From a virus (taxonomy: Duplodnaviria > Caudoviricetes), in the IMG/VR virus record IMGVR_UViG_3300027766_000001: 64,000 nt of DNA. One strand, given 5' to 3'. The notes under the pieces are model-generated. The model ran no database searches. It was not told the DNA's origin and saw nothing but the letters and a program-made list of their open reading frames with translations. Below, in pieces: positions 25,065 to 36,043 of this stretch. The stretch's first letter is position 1, and every line of letters starts with the position of its first letter. The translations under genes and the position numbers were made by a program.

Positions 25065-26459
25065 ATGTCTTTAGAAATGATTACGAGCTTCATGCAACCT
25101 AACGGCAATGTGCCGAAGTCTGCGCTGACTGTGGTGAAGAAGCCCAACAACGAAGTCGAAACCATTCTACCGGGTGATGACAAAGCCATCACTGCTTCAC
25201 TTGAAGCTGTGCGTGAAGTCATCGTGCTGCGTGACCGTGTTGCCAGTGAAGGTATGTCGCGTGAAGTGATTCGTCAGCTGCAGATGGTTGCACCGTCTGC
25301 CGTGCCCAATGGCTACGGTCTGGAAGCCTTTACTGAGCTGCCAACCAACGTCATGATGAAAGCCGGCATGGAGTCCATGACGGCAACAGTGCTCGATGCG
25401 CTGAACAAGCTGATCAAGTTCCTCATTGAGAAACTGAAAGTCGGTTTTAATCTGCTGATCGATTCGTACAAGTCACTGACCGGTATTTCACCTTCGGCGT
25501 ACAAGCTTGCTAAGCAGGAAGTGTATGCGGATGCCATGATGAAGAACTGGCGTACGGTGATGGGGTCGGATCTGGATGAATGTATCCTCGCGTCTCTGCG
25601 TGCCAGCTCGACCGATGAAGTCGGTGCCCAGTTAACCATCGACGGTTTCTTTAATGACACTGATGGTATCTGTGACAACCTCATTGCATTCGAACCGCTG
25701 ATTGCACAGTTGCAACGTGCCACTGAAGACCTGCTGGTTGAATCCGGCATCAACATGGCTGCGTACAACCGCATCGTGTCCTCTAATCGTCAAGCAGCAT
25801 CTGACGAAGACATGGTGAAAGCAACACAGCGCGTCAGAGGGATGATCGATACGCCTAACATCCAGAAGATCAGTAAGCTGCTGGAACAGTTAGCGAAGAA
25901 GGTGGTCGAGTCTAAGCTGTATAAGCCTGATGACAAAACCGGCAAAGCCATCGTTGACCGTCTGCGCAGTGAGCGCTTCCGTGATATCCTGGTCGGTCTG
26001 CATGATGCGTGTCGTCAGCAGCGCCCCCTGGTGCTGAAGTCCACTGAAGGTTTCATTGAAGCCAAACAGCAGAACTTCGATCAGATCGTTGATCGTCTGA
26101 AGAACTTCACACCGGTTGATGCTAAGAACGCCCGTGAGTTCAAGCAGGAGCTGGATAAGCTGTCTGTGCAACAGAGTCTGGTTGCCGGTGACATCAGTGG
26201 CTTCCCGCAAGCTTGCGCTGACTTCCTGAATCAGCAGAACGACGTGAAGGCTGTGGTTGATGTGGTGCGTGAAATCACCGCCAACTACGCCGAGACCGTG
26301 TTCAAGATGACGGCGTTCCGTAACCGTGTGCGTCAGATCAAAGTCGTGAAGATGGTTTCTGATGATCCGGCGTCACAGGCCTTTGAAGCCAACGAAGAGC
26401 AGATGGACAAAATCCGTAAGTTCGTCAAAGACTGGATCACCCGTGCCACGTCGCTGTAA
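25065..26459 (+). CDS. inner head/ejection protein, protease-processed
   Basis: GLE-AF and GME-SM sites followed by an amphipathic helix. Confidence 0.7.
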   Translation: MSLEMITSFMQPNGNVPKSALTVVKKPNNEVETILPGDDKAITASLEAVREVIVLRDRVASEGMSREVIRQLQMVAPSAVPNGYGLEAFTELPTNVMMKAGMESMTATVLDALNKLIKFLIEKLKVGFNLLIDSYKSLTGISPSAYKLAKQEVYADAMMKNWRTVMGSDLDECILASLRASSTDEVGAQLTIDGFFNDTDGICDNLIAFEPLIAQLQRATEDLLVESGINMAAYNRIVSSNRQAASDEDMVKATQRVRGMIDTPNIQKISKLLEQLAKKVVESKLYKPDDKTGKAIVDRLRSERFRDILVGLHDACRQQRPLVLKSTEGFIEAKQQNFDQIVDRLKNFTPVDAKNAREFKQELDKLSVQQSLVAGDISGFPQACADFLNQQNDVKAVVDVVREITANYAETVFKMTAFRNRVRQIKVVKMVSDDPASQAFEANEEQMDKIRKFVKDWITRATSL

Positions 26460-26468
26460 GGAGCTAAC

Positions 26469-27728
26469 ATGACTACCTTAGCGGACTCTATCCGTAGCAC
26501 GATTAACCTGACCGATGATCTCATTACGTTACTGCAACGCGCTGAGATGCTGGAGACGTTAACCAAAGAGCACACTGAGTTCTCTGGGATGTACGACAAG
26601 ATCCGTGACAAGATCATGTTCATCACCGGCTCCATGGAGTCAATTGATGAGCACGGGATTTCACAAGAGATCATTACCAGCATCCATGTGCAATTGCCAG
26701 GTATCGCTGAAGAGGTACCGGTCAACGGTTACACCCAAGCACTGTCCAGGCTGAACGTGGGTTATGCACTGGAGTCGCTGTCAGACGGTAAGCAGCATCT
26801 CATTGCCGGTGGTATCAGTGGTGTCATTGTTATCATCATCAAAGCACTGAAGTGGTGTCTTGCCACGCTCAAGGGGTATCTGAAGTCACGCCGTGAAATC
26901 AACCGGGTTGGTTTAGCGGTAACCGGGAATGCCAATCGTCTGGGTGCGACTGACACACCGGCAGATATCCTTGATCGTCTGACCAAAAGCAAAGACTTCA
27001 TCGATGCGGCAAACGGCTATAACTGGCTGATCTCTATCCGTGAAGAAACGGATGCGCCGTTTACCTTTGATAGCAACGCGCTTACCGAATGGTGGCCCGA
27101 GTTGTCAAAAGAGATGGTGTATGAGTTTGAAGCCATTAAAGCCATGTACCAGGCCATGGGTGAAGGTGTCCTCATCAAACCCAACGTGTCGACTGTCAAA
27201 GACTCGGCTGCCTTCTGCCGTTTCTTTAAAGCCCTGCCACAAGGTGTGGGTCGTGACGGGAAACCGTTTAGCCGGGATGCCGCGGTCACCGATTTCCAGC
27301 GCAGCCCAACTGTAGCACTCACCAACCTGAACTCCCGTCTGGGTCAGATGTTCTTGTTACCCAAGATTGATGACAAAGACGCGATGGCACGTAACCTGAT
27401 TCGTATTGGTCGCAGCATTGAAACCTATACGTTGATTGACCGTGTGGTGTACGACGGGTTAAACAGTGTGGAAGTCAACCATACCTTTGACCGTCTGCAT
27501 ACCGAGTTCAGTGCGTTCTACAAGAGCTTGCAGTCGCAGAAGTACACGGCGCCGCAAGATCACGTGGATGCCTTTGTTCAAGTGGTGAACAAGTACGCTG
27601 AGAAGATGAACTGCTATTCTCGTCTGATCACCGTGGTTGCCTACCTGGATTCCATGAGTTACACGGCCGGTGCCTCACTGGCTGAGTTCGTGGCACGCTG
27701 GACAGCAGAAATGGAAAGTCGCATATAA
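26469..27728 (+). CDS. inner head/ejection protein, protease-processed
   Basis: SME-SI and ALE-SL sites followed by hydrophobic IAGGISGVIVIIIKALKWCL. Confidence 0.7.
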   Translation: MTTLADSIRSTINLTDDLITLLQRAEMLETLTKEHTEFSGMYDKIRDKIMFITGSMESIDEHGISQEIITSIHVQLPGIAEEVPVNGYTQALSRLNVGYALESLSDGKQHLIAGGISGVIVIIIKALKWCLATLKGYLKSRREINRVGLAVTGNANRLGATDTPADILDRLTKSKDFIDAANGYNWLISIREETDAPFTFDSNALTEWWPELSKEMVYEFEAIKAMYQAMGEGVLIKPNVSTVKDSAAFCRFFKALPQGVGRDGKPFSRDAAVTDFQRSPTVALTNLNSRLGQMFLLPKIDDKDAMARNLIRIGRSIETYTLIDRVVYDGLNSVEVNHTFDRLHTEFSAFYKSLQSQKYTAPQDHVDAFVQVVNKYAEKMNCYSRLITVVAYLDSMSYTAGASLAEFVARWTAEMESRI

Positions 27729-27788
27729 AGCACAGAGGCCTCCTCTCCCCGTGAAGGGAGAGGAGTGCCCCTTATGCCGATTATGCCG
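27721..27788. terminator. bidirectional terminator with tandem TTATGCCG
   Basis: CTCCTCTCCC-CGTGAA-GGGAGAGGAG; TTATGCCGATTATGCCG on the right. Confidence 0.8.
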
Positions 27789-30735
27789 TGAGGTTGGATT
27801 TGGAATCGCTGTGTTTCAGGAAGTTCACGGTGATGTCTTCTACCACGGTCAAGCCGCCGTTGGAAGTCACATCGAGACGCTTCTTGATTGCACAACGCAG
27901 GGTTGGGTCAGACACGGTCAGTACCTGGATATCCTGATCTGGACCAAAGCCCGGGATACGAATGTCCACGATATCGCTGGTACGGTACTGACGCAGTGCA
28001 TCCACGGTATCGCTGACAGAGAAGGTTTCCTGTGCCAGGATATCCGTAATCACCGTTGGGATCACTGACTTGAGGTTATCACGCAGAGACGTGTTCTTGT
28101 AGCCGGTATCGGTCAAGTACACATCAAAGGAGAACGCCACCGCAGCAGAGATCTGGCGAGCTTCTTTGGCATTCGCTGTCACATCAATGTAGCCCAGCGT
28201 TTGCTTCGGACGGAACACCACCTTGGTGAGGTTAAGCAGCTTCTTCGTCACCACAGGCATGTCGTTGGTTACCCACGACACCAACTGATTGATAACATCC
28301 GTGATGTACGTGGCATCCAGGGAGTTACTGGAGAAGTAGTACGCCGCATCCAGACCTACCATGTCAAACTCATGGAGCACAACACGCTGGTTGATTGGAA
28401 TTGGGTTACCCTGGTCATCGTACTTCACATCACCCTTGTGATAACGGATCATGGTCTGGCCTTCTGCATCGAGACGCAGATCACCTTTGGCATGCAGCTT
28501 GATCGGGTTACCTGATGCATCAAACACCAACTGCTGACGATCGTCACGCTCCCACTCATCCGCCTCGTAACGCCAGAACACATCTTCCTCGTATTTCTTG
28601 TACGCCACATCAGACGGCAGCGGACGAGCACGGGTATACATGTTGTCCAGGGCATCACCAAACTTCAGCTGGTAACGCTGTTCAGTTACTGCCACCATTT
28701 CACGATCCAGGTATTCCCGACCCAGCAGCTTATCACTGTCCGACAGTACTACGTCGTTCGGTGACTTGTTCTTGCTGATGCAGTTCAGAATGGTAAACGA
28801 CCCTGACATCGGTGTTTTCAGTTTCGATGGCAGGTTACCAAACTGACCAAAGGAGGTCAGGATCAACTGGTTCGCTTCGGTGATATCCATGTTGGACGTT
28901 AACTGGAATTCCCAGACACGTTCACGGGTGTCAGTGCGACCCACGATCTTGCCGTTCAGATACGCATAGCTGCTTTCCTCATCCGGTAGGAACAACATCT
29001 GCATCATCACGTCAGCATCATCCAGGTTCTTGTAGTAATCCCCGGAGGCAGTCGTCAGCTTCAGCACATACCCGTTGTCGCCTTTGGCAAACGCGTAGTT
29101 ACCGATCCCCACTTCCACACCAACGGAGTTGTTCTCACTCAAGAACTCACGGTAGGCCACTTCCGGACGGTCCATGTCATAGACGCGGGTCACGAACGCA
29201 TCGTTGTTGGCATCCAGCACATAGTAGAACGGACTGTACAGGAACAGGCCTTTGTTGATCATGACGGCAACGTCTTCGACTTTGCTGCCATTGATCTCAG
29301 CCATCCGGGCATTGGACACCATGGTGTATACACCGTCCACCACTTCGTACAACGCTTTGGGTGAAATGGTAATCCGATTCCCGTTGTCGTGTACTGCGTT
29401 GTTGGTGACCAACTGCTCCATGGTCATCTGTGCTGTGATAATGCCTGTGCCCACTGCAGTAGTGAGTTTCTTGTTCAACTGCGTTCCGACCATGCGGCTT
29501 GCCTGGTAGGTGCGGCTGGTTACAAGGTCTTCCACTTTCAGCACGTCATACCCAAGCTTACTCAGGGTGGCGTTAATCTGACCCGGGGTAATTGGGATAT
29601 CCGTTTGGTTACCGTCGTAGATCACCTGGTTACGCAGATCTGCAAACGACATGGCATTGGTACCACCTGACAGCGTGCCATTCGTGAGAATCGTCTTCTC
29701 GTTGAACACCGTGATCGGTGTAGAAAACTTATCGAGCTGACGCGACTCGTAGTTGAAGTCTAACCACTTAGCCGCAATCTGTGCCCCGGTCACCACTGTC
29801 GGTTCCAGGTACAAGGCGCCTTTTGAGGTATAGATGTCAACACGCACCTGACGCCCAATCCCCACACCGTTGGATATATAGATTTCGGGCAGACGCACTT
29901 CAACGGTATTCTCCAATACCTTCAGCACAAACGTTAAACGGTTAATGTCAAACGTTTGATCGCTGTGGGTGGAATAGGCTTCATCCCAGTCAGCATCCGT
30001 GGAGGTACGCGTCCAGACACGAGCATAGTAGAAGTAATCCCCGTTTAAGGAGAAGGTGTTCTTGTACGCTGTGGCGGCTGTGATCATCCCGTAGTACGGC
30101 GTCGCTGTAAACTGACGCATGCTCAATTCGATGTACAAGTACTCGACGTTGTTCATCGTGGCAATGCGCCAATCGATCTGGTTGGTTTCCAGTGTCAGCA
30201 GCGGAGTGGGTTGTGAGACGTCCCACACCACCATGAACCCGCCGTGCTTCATCACACGGATCTCCAGTGGATACTCCTGACTGAAGTCCGCACCTGCCAC
30301 ACTGTAAACCGAGTTACGTGGGAAGACCAGTTTCGAGTAGACACTGTCAATGTCGTCGTTGGACGATTCGGCAACCCGCACAGCACGCTGGCGCACTTCC
30401 TCGGCGTTGAGGATCAACACAAACGGCAAACGTGATGGTGTGGAGAAACGACCGTCGTAGTCTTCATCGGACATGTGACGGTACAGGTCTTCCTGGCTGT
30501 TGGCTTGCACTGGATAGAAACCGGCGATGGTATCGGCCATTGCCTGCATGCTGGCCGCGTTCATCAGTGCCGACATTTCCATGGCATACCAGAACGGGTG
30601 GTTGGCATCGGGAATATCAATCTCACCGTTCATGGCTTTGTCTAACAGATCCATTGAAAGATCCATCATGCTTGACGGATCATACCGCACGGCTAAAATG
30701 CGGTCCTTCACCGACAGATTTAGTAAGTCACTCAT
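27781..30735 (-). CDS. large virion structural protein, probable baseplate wedge (phiKZ gp87-like)
   Basis: 984 aa; GGTNAMSFADLRNQV resembles the baseplate J/gp6 GG.D.E..E..R motif; synteny. Confidence 0.65.
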   Translation of the reverse strand: MSDLLNLSVKDRILAVRYDPSSMMDLSMDLLDKAMNGEIDIPDANHPFWYAMEMSALMNAASMQAMADTIAGFYPVQANSQEDLYRHMSDEDYDGRFSTPSRLPFVLILNAEEVRQRAVRVAESSNDDIDSVYSKLVFPRNSVYSVAGADFSQEYPLEIRVMKHGGFMVVWDVSQPTPLLTLETNQIDWRIATMNNVEYLYIELSMRQFTATPYYGMITAATAYKNTFSLNGDYFYYARVWTRTSTDADWDEAYSTHSDQTFDINRLTFVLKVLENTVEVRLPEIYISNGVGIGRQVRVDIYTSKGALYLEPTVVTGAQIAAKWLDFNYESRQLDKFSTPITVFNEKTILTNGTLSGGTNAMSFADLRNQVIYDGNQTDIPITPGQINATLSKLGYDVLKVEDLVTSRTYQASRMVGTQLNKKLTTAVGTGIITAQMTMEQLVTNNAVHDNGNRITISPKALYEVVDGVYTMVSNARMAEINGSKVEDVAVMINKGLFLYSPFYYVLDANNDAFVTRVYDMDRPEVAYREFLSENNSVGVEVGIGNYAFAKGDNGYVLKLTTASGDYYKNLDDADVMMQMLFLPDEESSYAYLNGKIVGRTDTRERVWEFQLTSNMDITEANQLILTSFGQFGNLPSKLKTPMSGSFTILNCISKNKSPNDVVLSDSDKLLGREYLDREMVAVTEQRYQLKFGDALDNMYTRARPLPSDVAYKKYEEDVFWRYEADEWERDDRQQLVFDASGNPIKLHAKGDLRLDAEGQTMIRYHKGDVKYDDQGNPIPINQRVVLHEFDMVGLDAAYYFSSNSLDATYITDVINQLVSWVTNDMPVVTKKLLNLTKVVFRPKQTLGYIDVTANAKEARQISAAVAFSFDVYLTDTGYKNTSLRDNLKSVIPTVITDILAQETFSVSDTVDALRQYRTSDIVDIRIPGFGPDQDIQVLTVSDPTLRCAIKKRLDVTSNGGLTVVEDITVNFLKHSDSKSNLTA

Positions 30736-30749
30736 ATCAGCCTCTAAGC

Positions 30750-31823
30750 TTAGAAGTCACCACGGAAACTGCTCTGCGTGGTAGCTTTAGGGTTGGACAG
30801 GTTAAGGTCCTTTGGAACCCACCATTCAAATTCGTTGGTATTGAGATCGATGCGCGGATACCCGACGAAGTTGTACACAGCGTATTCCTGCGGTGTTAAC
30901 TTGCGGTAGAAGTTCGTGCGGTTACCGTCTTTCATCTGCGGGTTGAACATGGTGACACAAGAGTTGAAATCTTGAATCAGCGACATGGTGTTATACCGGA
31001 ACCCGACACATGACCACTGGCAACTGATCTGGTTGTTGGCTTTGATCAGCGGTGTGTCTTTGGTGGTCGCATAATCAAATGCCGCACCGATTGGGTTGGT
31101 ATTACAAATCGCAGAATACGGCGCACCGATCTTGGTCACGTAGCGATACGTTTGATCGAGCACCACACGGTAGATGCGCATGGTGTAGTCGATGTAGTTG
31201 TTCACGATCGCATCCCAGTACGGCACCATCTCACCCAGGTACACCGCTGACCCATAGGTCTGCAGCAAATCCAGGATCATGGTCACCGGGTCACCCGAGA
31301 CGTTACCAAAGGACGCACTCAACTGATACGCTTCATTGAACTCCGATTGACCATCGATCATCTGCCAGGTTTCTTTACGTGCACCGGGTGCTGCGGTAAA
31401 CAAGTCCACCACAATATCCGGAAAGCCCGTTAACGATTCCAGCGTGTTACCCAGGATTGGAACGAAGGCTTGCGCATTATCAAACAGACGACTGTAGGAT
31501 TTACGCTGCACGGTTCCGATCGCATCGAACATTGATCGTATAGCACCGGGAATTGTATCCGGGTTATTTGTGGCCAATGCGTAGAGCTTTTCTTTCCGAA
31601 GAAGATTATCGTATGATAAGTTAAGAATCGGCCGTGTGAAGAAGGTATATCCCATCACGTCACGGTTTATCGGAAGAAATGCCGCGCGGTTACTAAACTT
31701 GTTATAGCCGTAGTAGTTATTTGCAAGAGCGGATGAGACGCTTCCGTGTCCGGCCGCCCGTGCTGCTGCGTCGATTTCATCCATCCATAGGTTCGGGTTA
31801 AAGGTGGTGCTATCGTCGGCCAT
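30750..31823 (-). CDS. virion structural protein, tail-tube-like/baseplate (phiKZ gp88-like)
   Basis: GYTFFTRP.LNL, L.N...S.TGFPD motif; synteny. Confidence 0.6.
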   Translation of the reverse strand: MADDSTTFNPNLWMDEIDAAARAAGHGSVSSALANNYYGYNKFSNRAAFLPINRDVMGYTFFTRPILNLSYDNLLRKEKLYALATNNPDTIPGAIRSMFDAIGTVQRKSYSRLFDNAQAFVPILGNTLESLTGFPDIVVDLFTAAPGARKETWQMIDGQSEFNEAYQLSASFGNVSGDPVTMILDLLQTYGSAVYLGEMVPYWDAIVNNYIDYTMRIYRVVLDQTYRYVTKIGAPYSAICNTNPIGAAFDYATTKDTPLIKANNQISCQWSCVGFRYNTMSLIQDFNSCVTMFNPQMKDGNRTNFYRKLTPQEYAVYNFVGYPRIDLNTNEFEWWVPKDLNLSNPKATTQSSFRGDF

Positions 31824-31876
31824 TCCTGAGTTCCTCGAAAATCATTTTAAATTTGTCTCTGAAAGGAGTGACGTAT

Positions 31877-33058
31877 ATGTTACCAGTTGTCACTGGCGTG
31901 GTTACATTAGCTACGACTTTAGCATCGCTGGCTAGTTGGTTTTCCAAAGCCAAAGAGAAAGCAAAAGACGCAGGCATCGATCTGGATAAAACCCTGCAGG
32001 CAATCAGTGCAGCGGGTAACTCCGATCTGATCAGCTTCACCAAAGTGTGCCGTATGGAACCTCTGGTGTTACTGGACGACCGTCTCCGTAACGATCCGGT
32101 TACCCCGGACATTATGCAGGTGATCACCAGTATCGTCGCAGGCTACTACCTCCAGACCTTTGCCCTCCTCGGTCAGGTCAGCGGTGTGGATGTGATCGGC
32201 ACCCTGGACAAGCTCAATCCAGCCCGTACGGGTATTGGCCTGAACTCGTTCGATAACCCGAACACTGATTACATTAATACGCACCGGGTCGTTAATAGTT
32301 CCGTTCCGTTCTATAGTATCGGGATGGAAGCGCTGTTAGATGAGCCCGTTCCCCCGTCAGCAACCGCTGGCAAAGACAGCAAAACCAGCCTGTCGGTGCC
32401 GGGTAACATTGCTGACATTACTCAAGCCTCCAACCTGGCTGTGGGTAAAATGATTAAGGCGGTGATCACCGCTAACGGTAACTCGGTTGAAGTGCCGATT
32501 ACCATCCGTGTGAAACCGATTAGCACGGACTCGAACTCTATCGCCAGCACGCTTGCGATCGGCACCACCAAGAACAACGTGAAAGAGCGCTGGCAGCGTT
32601 TCCGTGCCGGTGAGCTGACGTTCTCTAACTTGCTCTTTATGGACGACGTTGTGCAGCAGCACAAATCTATCCTGATTAAAGACAAGTCAGGCTTTTATGC
32701 CGAAGTGGTACGTCGTGCTAACGGTAACCTGGCGAAAGGCATTACCAGCGGTAACCTGTCCATGGCCACCAACTCCAACATCATTGTCATCACGGCGTCG
32801 ACCGCCCAGGCAGTGGCGCGTGAGCTTGGCGGTAGCCTGGATAACTTCCAGATCCGCGAAGGCGTGTTTAAGAACGTCTACTCCAACATGCTGGTCGTGG
32901 TTAACCAAGACAGCGCGATGGTGACCTTCTACTACCGTGGCGAGCGCACCGGTACAAACGTGTCGGCGTACGATCTGAAACTGTCCAGCAAAGGCAATGG
33001 TCCGGACATCATGTCGATCTTCACGGCATTTGCTGAAAACAAAATTCCACCACTCTAA
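31877..33058 (+). CDS. virion head protein (phiKZ gp89-like)
   Basis: ATG 31877 with AAAGGAG SD; GME-AL site; hydrophobic N-terminal helix; synteny. Confidence 0.65.
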   Translation: MLPVVTGVVTLATTLASLASWFSKAKEKAKDAGIDLDKTLQAISAAGNSDLISFTKVCRMEPLVLLDDRLRNDPVTPDIMQVITSIVAGYYLQTFALLGQVSGVDVIGTLDKLNPARTGIGLNSFDNPNTDYINTHRVVNSSVPFYSIGMEALLDEPVPPSATAGKDSKTSLSVPGNIADITQASNLAVGKMIKAVITANGNSVEVPITIRVKPISTDSNSIASTLAIGTTKNNVKERWQRFRAGELTFSNLLFMDDVVQQHKSILIKDKSGFYAEVVRRANGNLAKGITSGNLSMATNSNIIVITASTAQAVARELGGSLDNFQIREGVFKNVYSNMLVVVNQDSAMVTFYYRGERTGTNVSAYDLKLSSKGNGPDIMSIFTAFAENKIPPL

Positions 33059-33070
33059 GGGATCGGGTTG

Positions 33071-33973
33071 ATGAACATTTTTGACTACGCCAAATCCATC
33101 TTCTCTGATGGCATTGAAAAACGCGATCTGCTCAGTGAAGTGGATCGCCTGGAAACGGAACTGAACAAGTTCACGTTGAACGGTTACAAACAGGCGGTAG
33201 CGTTGGGCCTGAAAGCCGATGGTCCGAACTACTACTGTAAGTCGATCAGCAAGGCTTACGAAGGCGTACGTAACCAACAGCGTCTGCGTGCGGTAGACAT
33301 CATTGAAGGCACGTTCCTGAGTCTGTCGCAGCTGACCCTGACCCTGCCGTGGCTGCGCAAGCAGATCGAGCGTGAATCAAAGCAGAAGATCGTGCCAGAG
33401 AACCTGGACTTCAAAACCGCGAACTTCCTGCGTTACATTGATTCCATCGACTTCTACCTGCGCTATGCCCGCTCTATGCTGCTGGTGATCTCCACGATCA
33501 AATCCAGCGACAACGAAGCGGCGTACCAGCTGGACAAGCAGGTGCTGATGGCCGAAGCGAAGTTCCTGACAGAAACCGGTAGCTTCTTCGTTTACCTGGT
33601 CGGTCTGTTCTCACAGCCGGTACTGGTTACCGAGAAGCTGTTTGATGCGGTACCAACCGTGGTGGTTTCCGAAGCGGATGAAGCGGTTGTGGCAACCGTG
33701 CTGGGGAATAAAGTCAACGCCTTCCAGAATGGCTTGATCCCGGCACGCTTCAACATCTTCTTTATTATCGGTAAACGTCGTGCTGAGCGTCGTGTTGCCC
33801 GTCTGCGTCAAGCCGAAGCAGCAGCGTCAGCCATTGAGCTGACTCTGAACAAGCTGCAGGAGCAGAAAGCCGGCGGTAGCGATGACCCAACATTGGATAA
33901 GCAGATTGCGTATTACACCAATGTGCTGAACAAGTTGAACTTCGAAATCGAAACCATCAGCGCTGAAGCCTAA
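33071..33973 (+). CDS. virion head protein (phiKZ gp90-like)
   Basis: Helical 300-aa ORF in the head operon; synteny. Confidence 0.65.
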   Translation: MNIFDYAKSIFSDGIEKRDLLSEVDRLETELNKFTLNGYKQAVALGLKADGPNYYCKSISKAYEGVRNQQRLRAVDIIEGTFLSLSQLTLTLPWLRKQIERESKQKIVPENLDFKTANFLRYIDSIDFYLRYARSMLLVISTIKSSDNEAAYQLDKQVLMAEAKFLTETGSFFVYLVGLFSQPVLVTEKLFDAVPTVVVSEADEAVVATVLGNKVNAFQNGLIPARFNIFFIIGKRRAERRVARLRQAEAAASAIELTLNKLQEQKAGGSDDPTLDKQIAYYTNVLNKLNFEIETISAEA

Positions 33974-33982
33974 GGAGCCGTC

Positions 33983-34516
33983 ATGGTCGCCCGAGCATTT
34001 ACCGGCGCGGACGCAATTTACGATACAGGCTTTACCTCCTATGCACCACGCAGCAACGTGAAGTTAGAACGCGATGTTGACGTGGTGCTGCTGTATCGTG
34101 AGCAGATTGCTAATCCCGCTGTTTATGAAAACTGGAACTACAAAGAACGTGTCCTGGAAACCGCGGCACGTTTACTGTTCCCGTTAGCGCCTTGGGTTAT
34201 GGCCCAGCGTGCTAACACCATGCACTCCAAACACTCACTGATGTTTGTGCGTGACCTCGCCAAGGTAGCCCTTGGCGGTGAGCGAGATATGTCGGTTCGG
34301 ATGCGCATGACGCTGATGACTGACAGTGCAGTGCTGTCAAACCCGCTGGAGTTACGGGGTGACATCGATAAGCTGGACACCTATCTGCCAATGGCACTGG
34401 TGAATCAGCTGCGCGATGCAAACAGCGGCAATGCGTTGGCCAACCTGACCGATACACCGGATAAGCTACGGGATTTGGTTCAGTCATTATATGTCATGTT
34501 TGGTACGGGTCGCTAA
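33983..34516 (+). CDS. putative virion head protein
   Basis: AAGGAG SD; head operon position. Confidence 0.6.
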   Translation: MVARAFTGADAIYDTGFTSYAPRSNVKLERDVDVVLLYREQIANPAVYENWNYKERVLETAARLLFPLAPWVMAQRANTMHSKHSLMFVRDLAKVALGGERDMSVRMRMTLMTDSAVLSNPLELRGDIDKLDTYLPMALVNQLRDANSGNALANLTDTPDKLRDLVQSLYVMFGTGR

Positions 34517-34552
34517 GGCCCGTATCATCTATCTATCACAAGAGGAATTACA

Positions 34553-36037
34553 ATGAGTTCACTTATCCTTGCTCAGCTGATCGGTGAAGGCCTGGAGTCA
34601 TTCGAAGACGCCGCTGCTGCACCTGTAACTGCTGACACTGCAACCGACGCACCTGCGGTTCCTTCTGTTGACGTCACTGTCTGCGAAGAAGAGATCGCTG
34701 TGGTTCAAGCTGCGGGCGAAGCTGCTTCTGCTGAAACGGCGATCGTTGCATCTGCTGATGCGGTGGTTGAAGCAGAGTGCCTGGTTGATGCACAGACCGA
34801 AGTGGTTGTGCAGACTGCGCAGGTTACTGCTTCTATGGAGTCTTTCATCGGTGCGCCGATGACCAAACATGACGCGCAAGCTCTGCAGATGCGTGTGCTT
34901 CAGGCAACCAAAGGCCAGTACGCTGCCGGCCAGGTTGTGGGTTCACTGGAAGCCTTCGGCACCGACATCACTACTGATGACGCGCTGAACGCTGGCCTGG
35001 AAGGTCTGGGCGAATTCCTGAAAGAAGCCCGTAACAAACTGTCTGGTATGGTCGGCGTGCTGCGTGCGAAAATGGCTGGCTTCTTTAAAGATGCTCACGT
35101 CAGCTTCGACAAAGTCTCTGCCCGTGCTGCTGCGGTTGAACGTCTGGCGAAAAACACCTCTGGTGAGTCTAACGCGTCTGCACTGCAGCTGCCGCTGGAC
35201 ACGGCCTGGCATCTGGTGAAAGACGGTAAGGTTGTCACCAACTTTGCGAAAGAGATGGGTGACCTGGCCAAGTTCGCTGAACTCGTGCTGAAAGAAAACA
35301 ACTCCTCTGTTTCTGAGCACCGTCGTAAGTTCATCGAGCTGGTGTCTCCGCTGATCAGCTGCAATCTGGAAGAAGCGAACAAACTGGCAAAACAGATTTC
35401 CGACTGGAAGCTGCCGAAGCCGGATTACGCGAAAACCAAAATCCCTACCAGCTCACGTACCACTGACCTGTATCGCTCTGACGTCCTGATGGGCGACGAA
35501 GCACTGTTCGTGGCACTGCCGACTGACGTTTCCAGCAACACCGATAACGTTGCTCAACGTCTGGCTGCACTGAGCTCTGTGTACTTCGGTCTGGAAGTGG
35601 GTCTGAAAGATGTGGCGAAGCGTCCGAACAAACTGGACGTGGCTATCGACACACTGAAGCCGGCTGAGATCGTGAAGATCGCTGAAACCATCACTGCAGT
35701 TCTGGGCGACATCAAAGTGTACGCGAAGACCTGGGGTGCGTGGGACGAAGCGAACAGCGATCTGGATCGTCTGATGACTGTCCTGGCGACTGTGCAGTGG
35801 GAAGGCGATACTGAGAACTACGAAGGTGCGGTGACCAGTGCTGCAGGTACCACAGTTTATGTGAGTACCCTGAACACCCGCGTTGCTGACGCGATCTGGT
35901 ACATCAACGCTGCGTACGGTTATATGGCAACTACGCCGACTATCCTGCTGGCGAAGAAACTGATCGTGCTGATGAACCGTGCACTGGAAGTGTGCGAACG
36001 TTCACTGGCGACCTACAGCGACAACAACCTGAAATAA
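34553..36037 (+). CDS. inner head protein, phiKZ gp93-97 / SPN3US gp53-54 paralog family
   Basis: Acidic Ala-rich propeptide with GLE, SME, SLE, GLE sites; highly biased codon usage. Confidence 0.8.
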   Translation: MSSLILAQLIGEGLESFEDAAAAPVTADTATDAPAVPSVDVTVCEEEIAVVQAAGEAASAETAIVASADAVVEAECLVDAQTEVVVQTAQVTASMESFIGAPMTKHDAQALQMRVLQATKGQYAAGQVVGSLEAFGTDITTDDALNAGLEGLGEFLKEARNKLSGMVGVLRAKMAGFFKDAHVSFDKVSARAAAVERLAKNTSGESNASALQLPLDTAWHLVKDGKVVTNFAKEMGDLAKFAELVLKENNSSVSEHRRKFIELVSPLISCNLEEANKLAKQISDWKLPKPDYAKTKIPTSSRTTDLYRSDVLMGDEALFVALPTDVSSNTDNVAQRLAALSSVYFGLEVGLKDVAKRPNKLDVAIDTLKPAEIVKIAETITAVLGDIKVYAKTWGAWDEANSDLDRLMTVLATVQWEGDTENYEGAVTSAAGTTVYVSTLNTRVADAIWYINAAYGYMATTPTILLAKKLIVLMNRALEVCERSLATYSDNNLK

Positions 36038-36043
36038 GGAAAT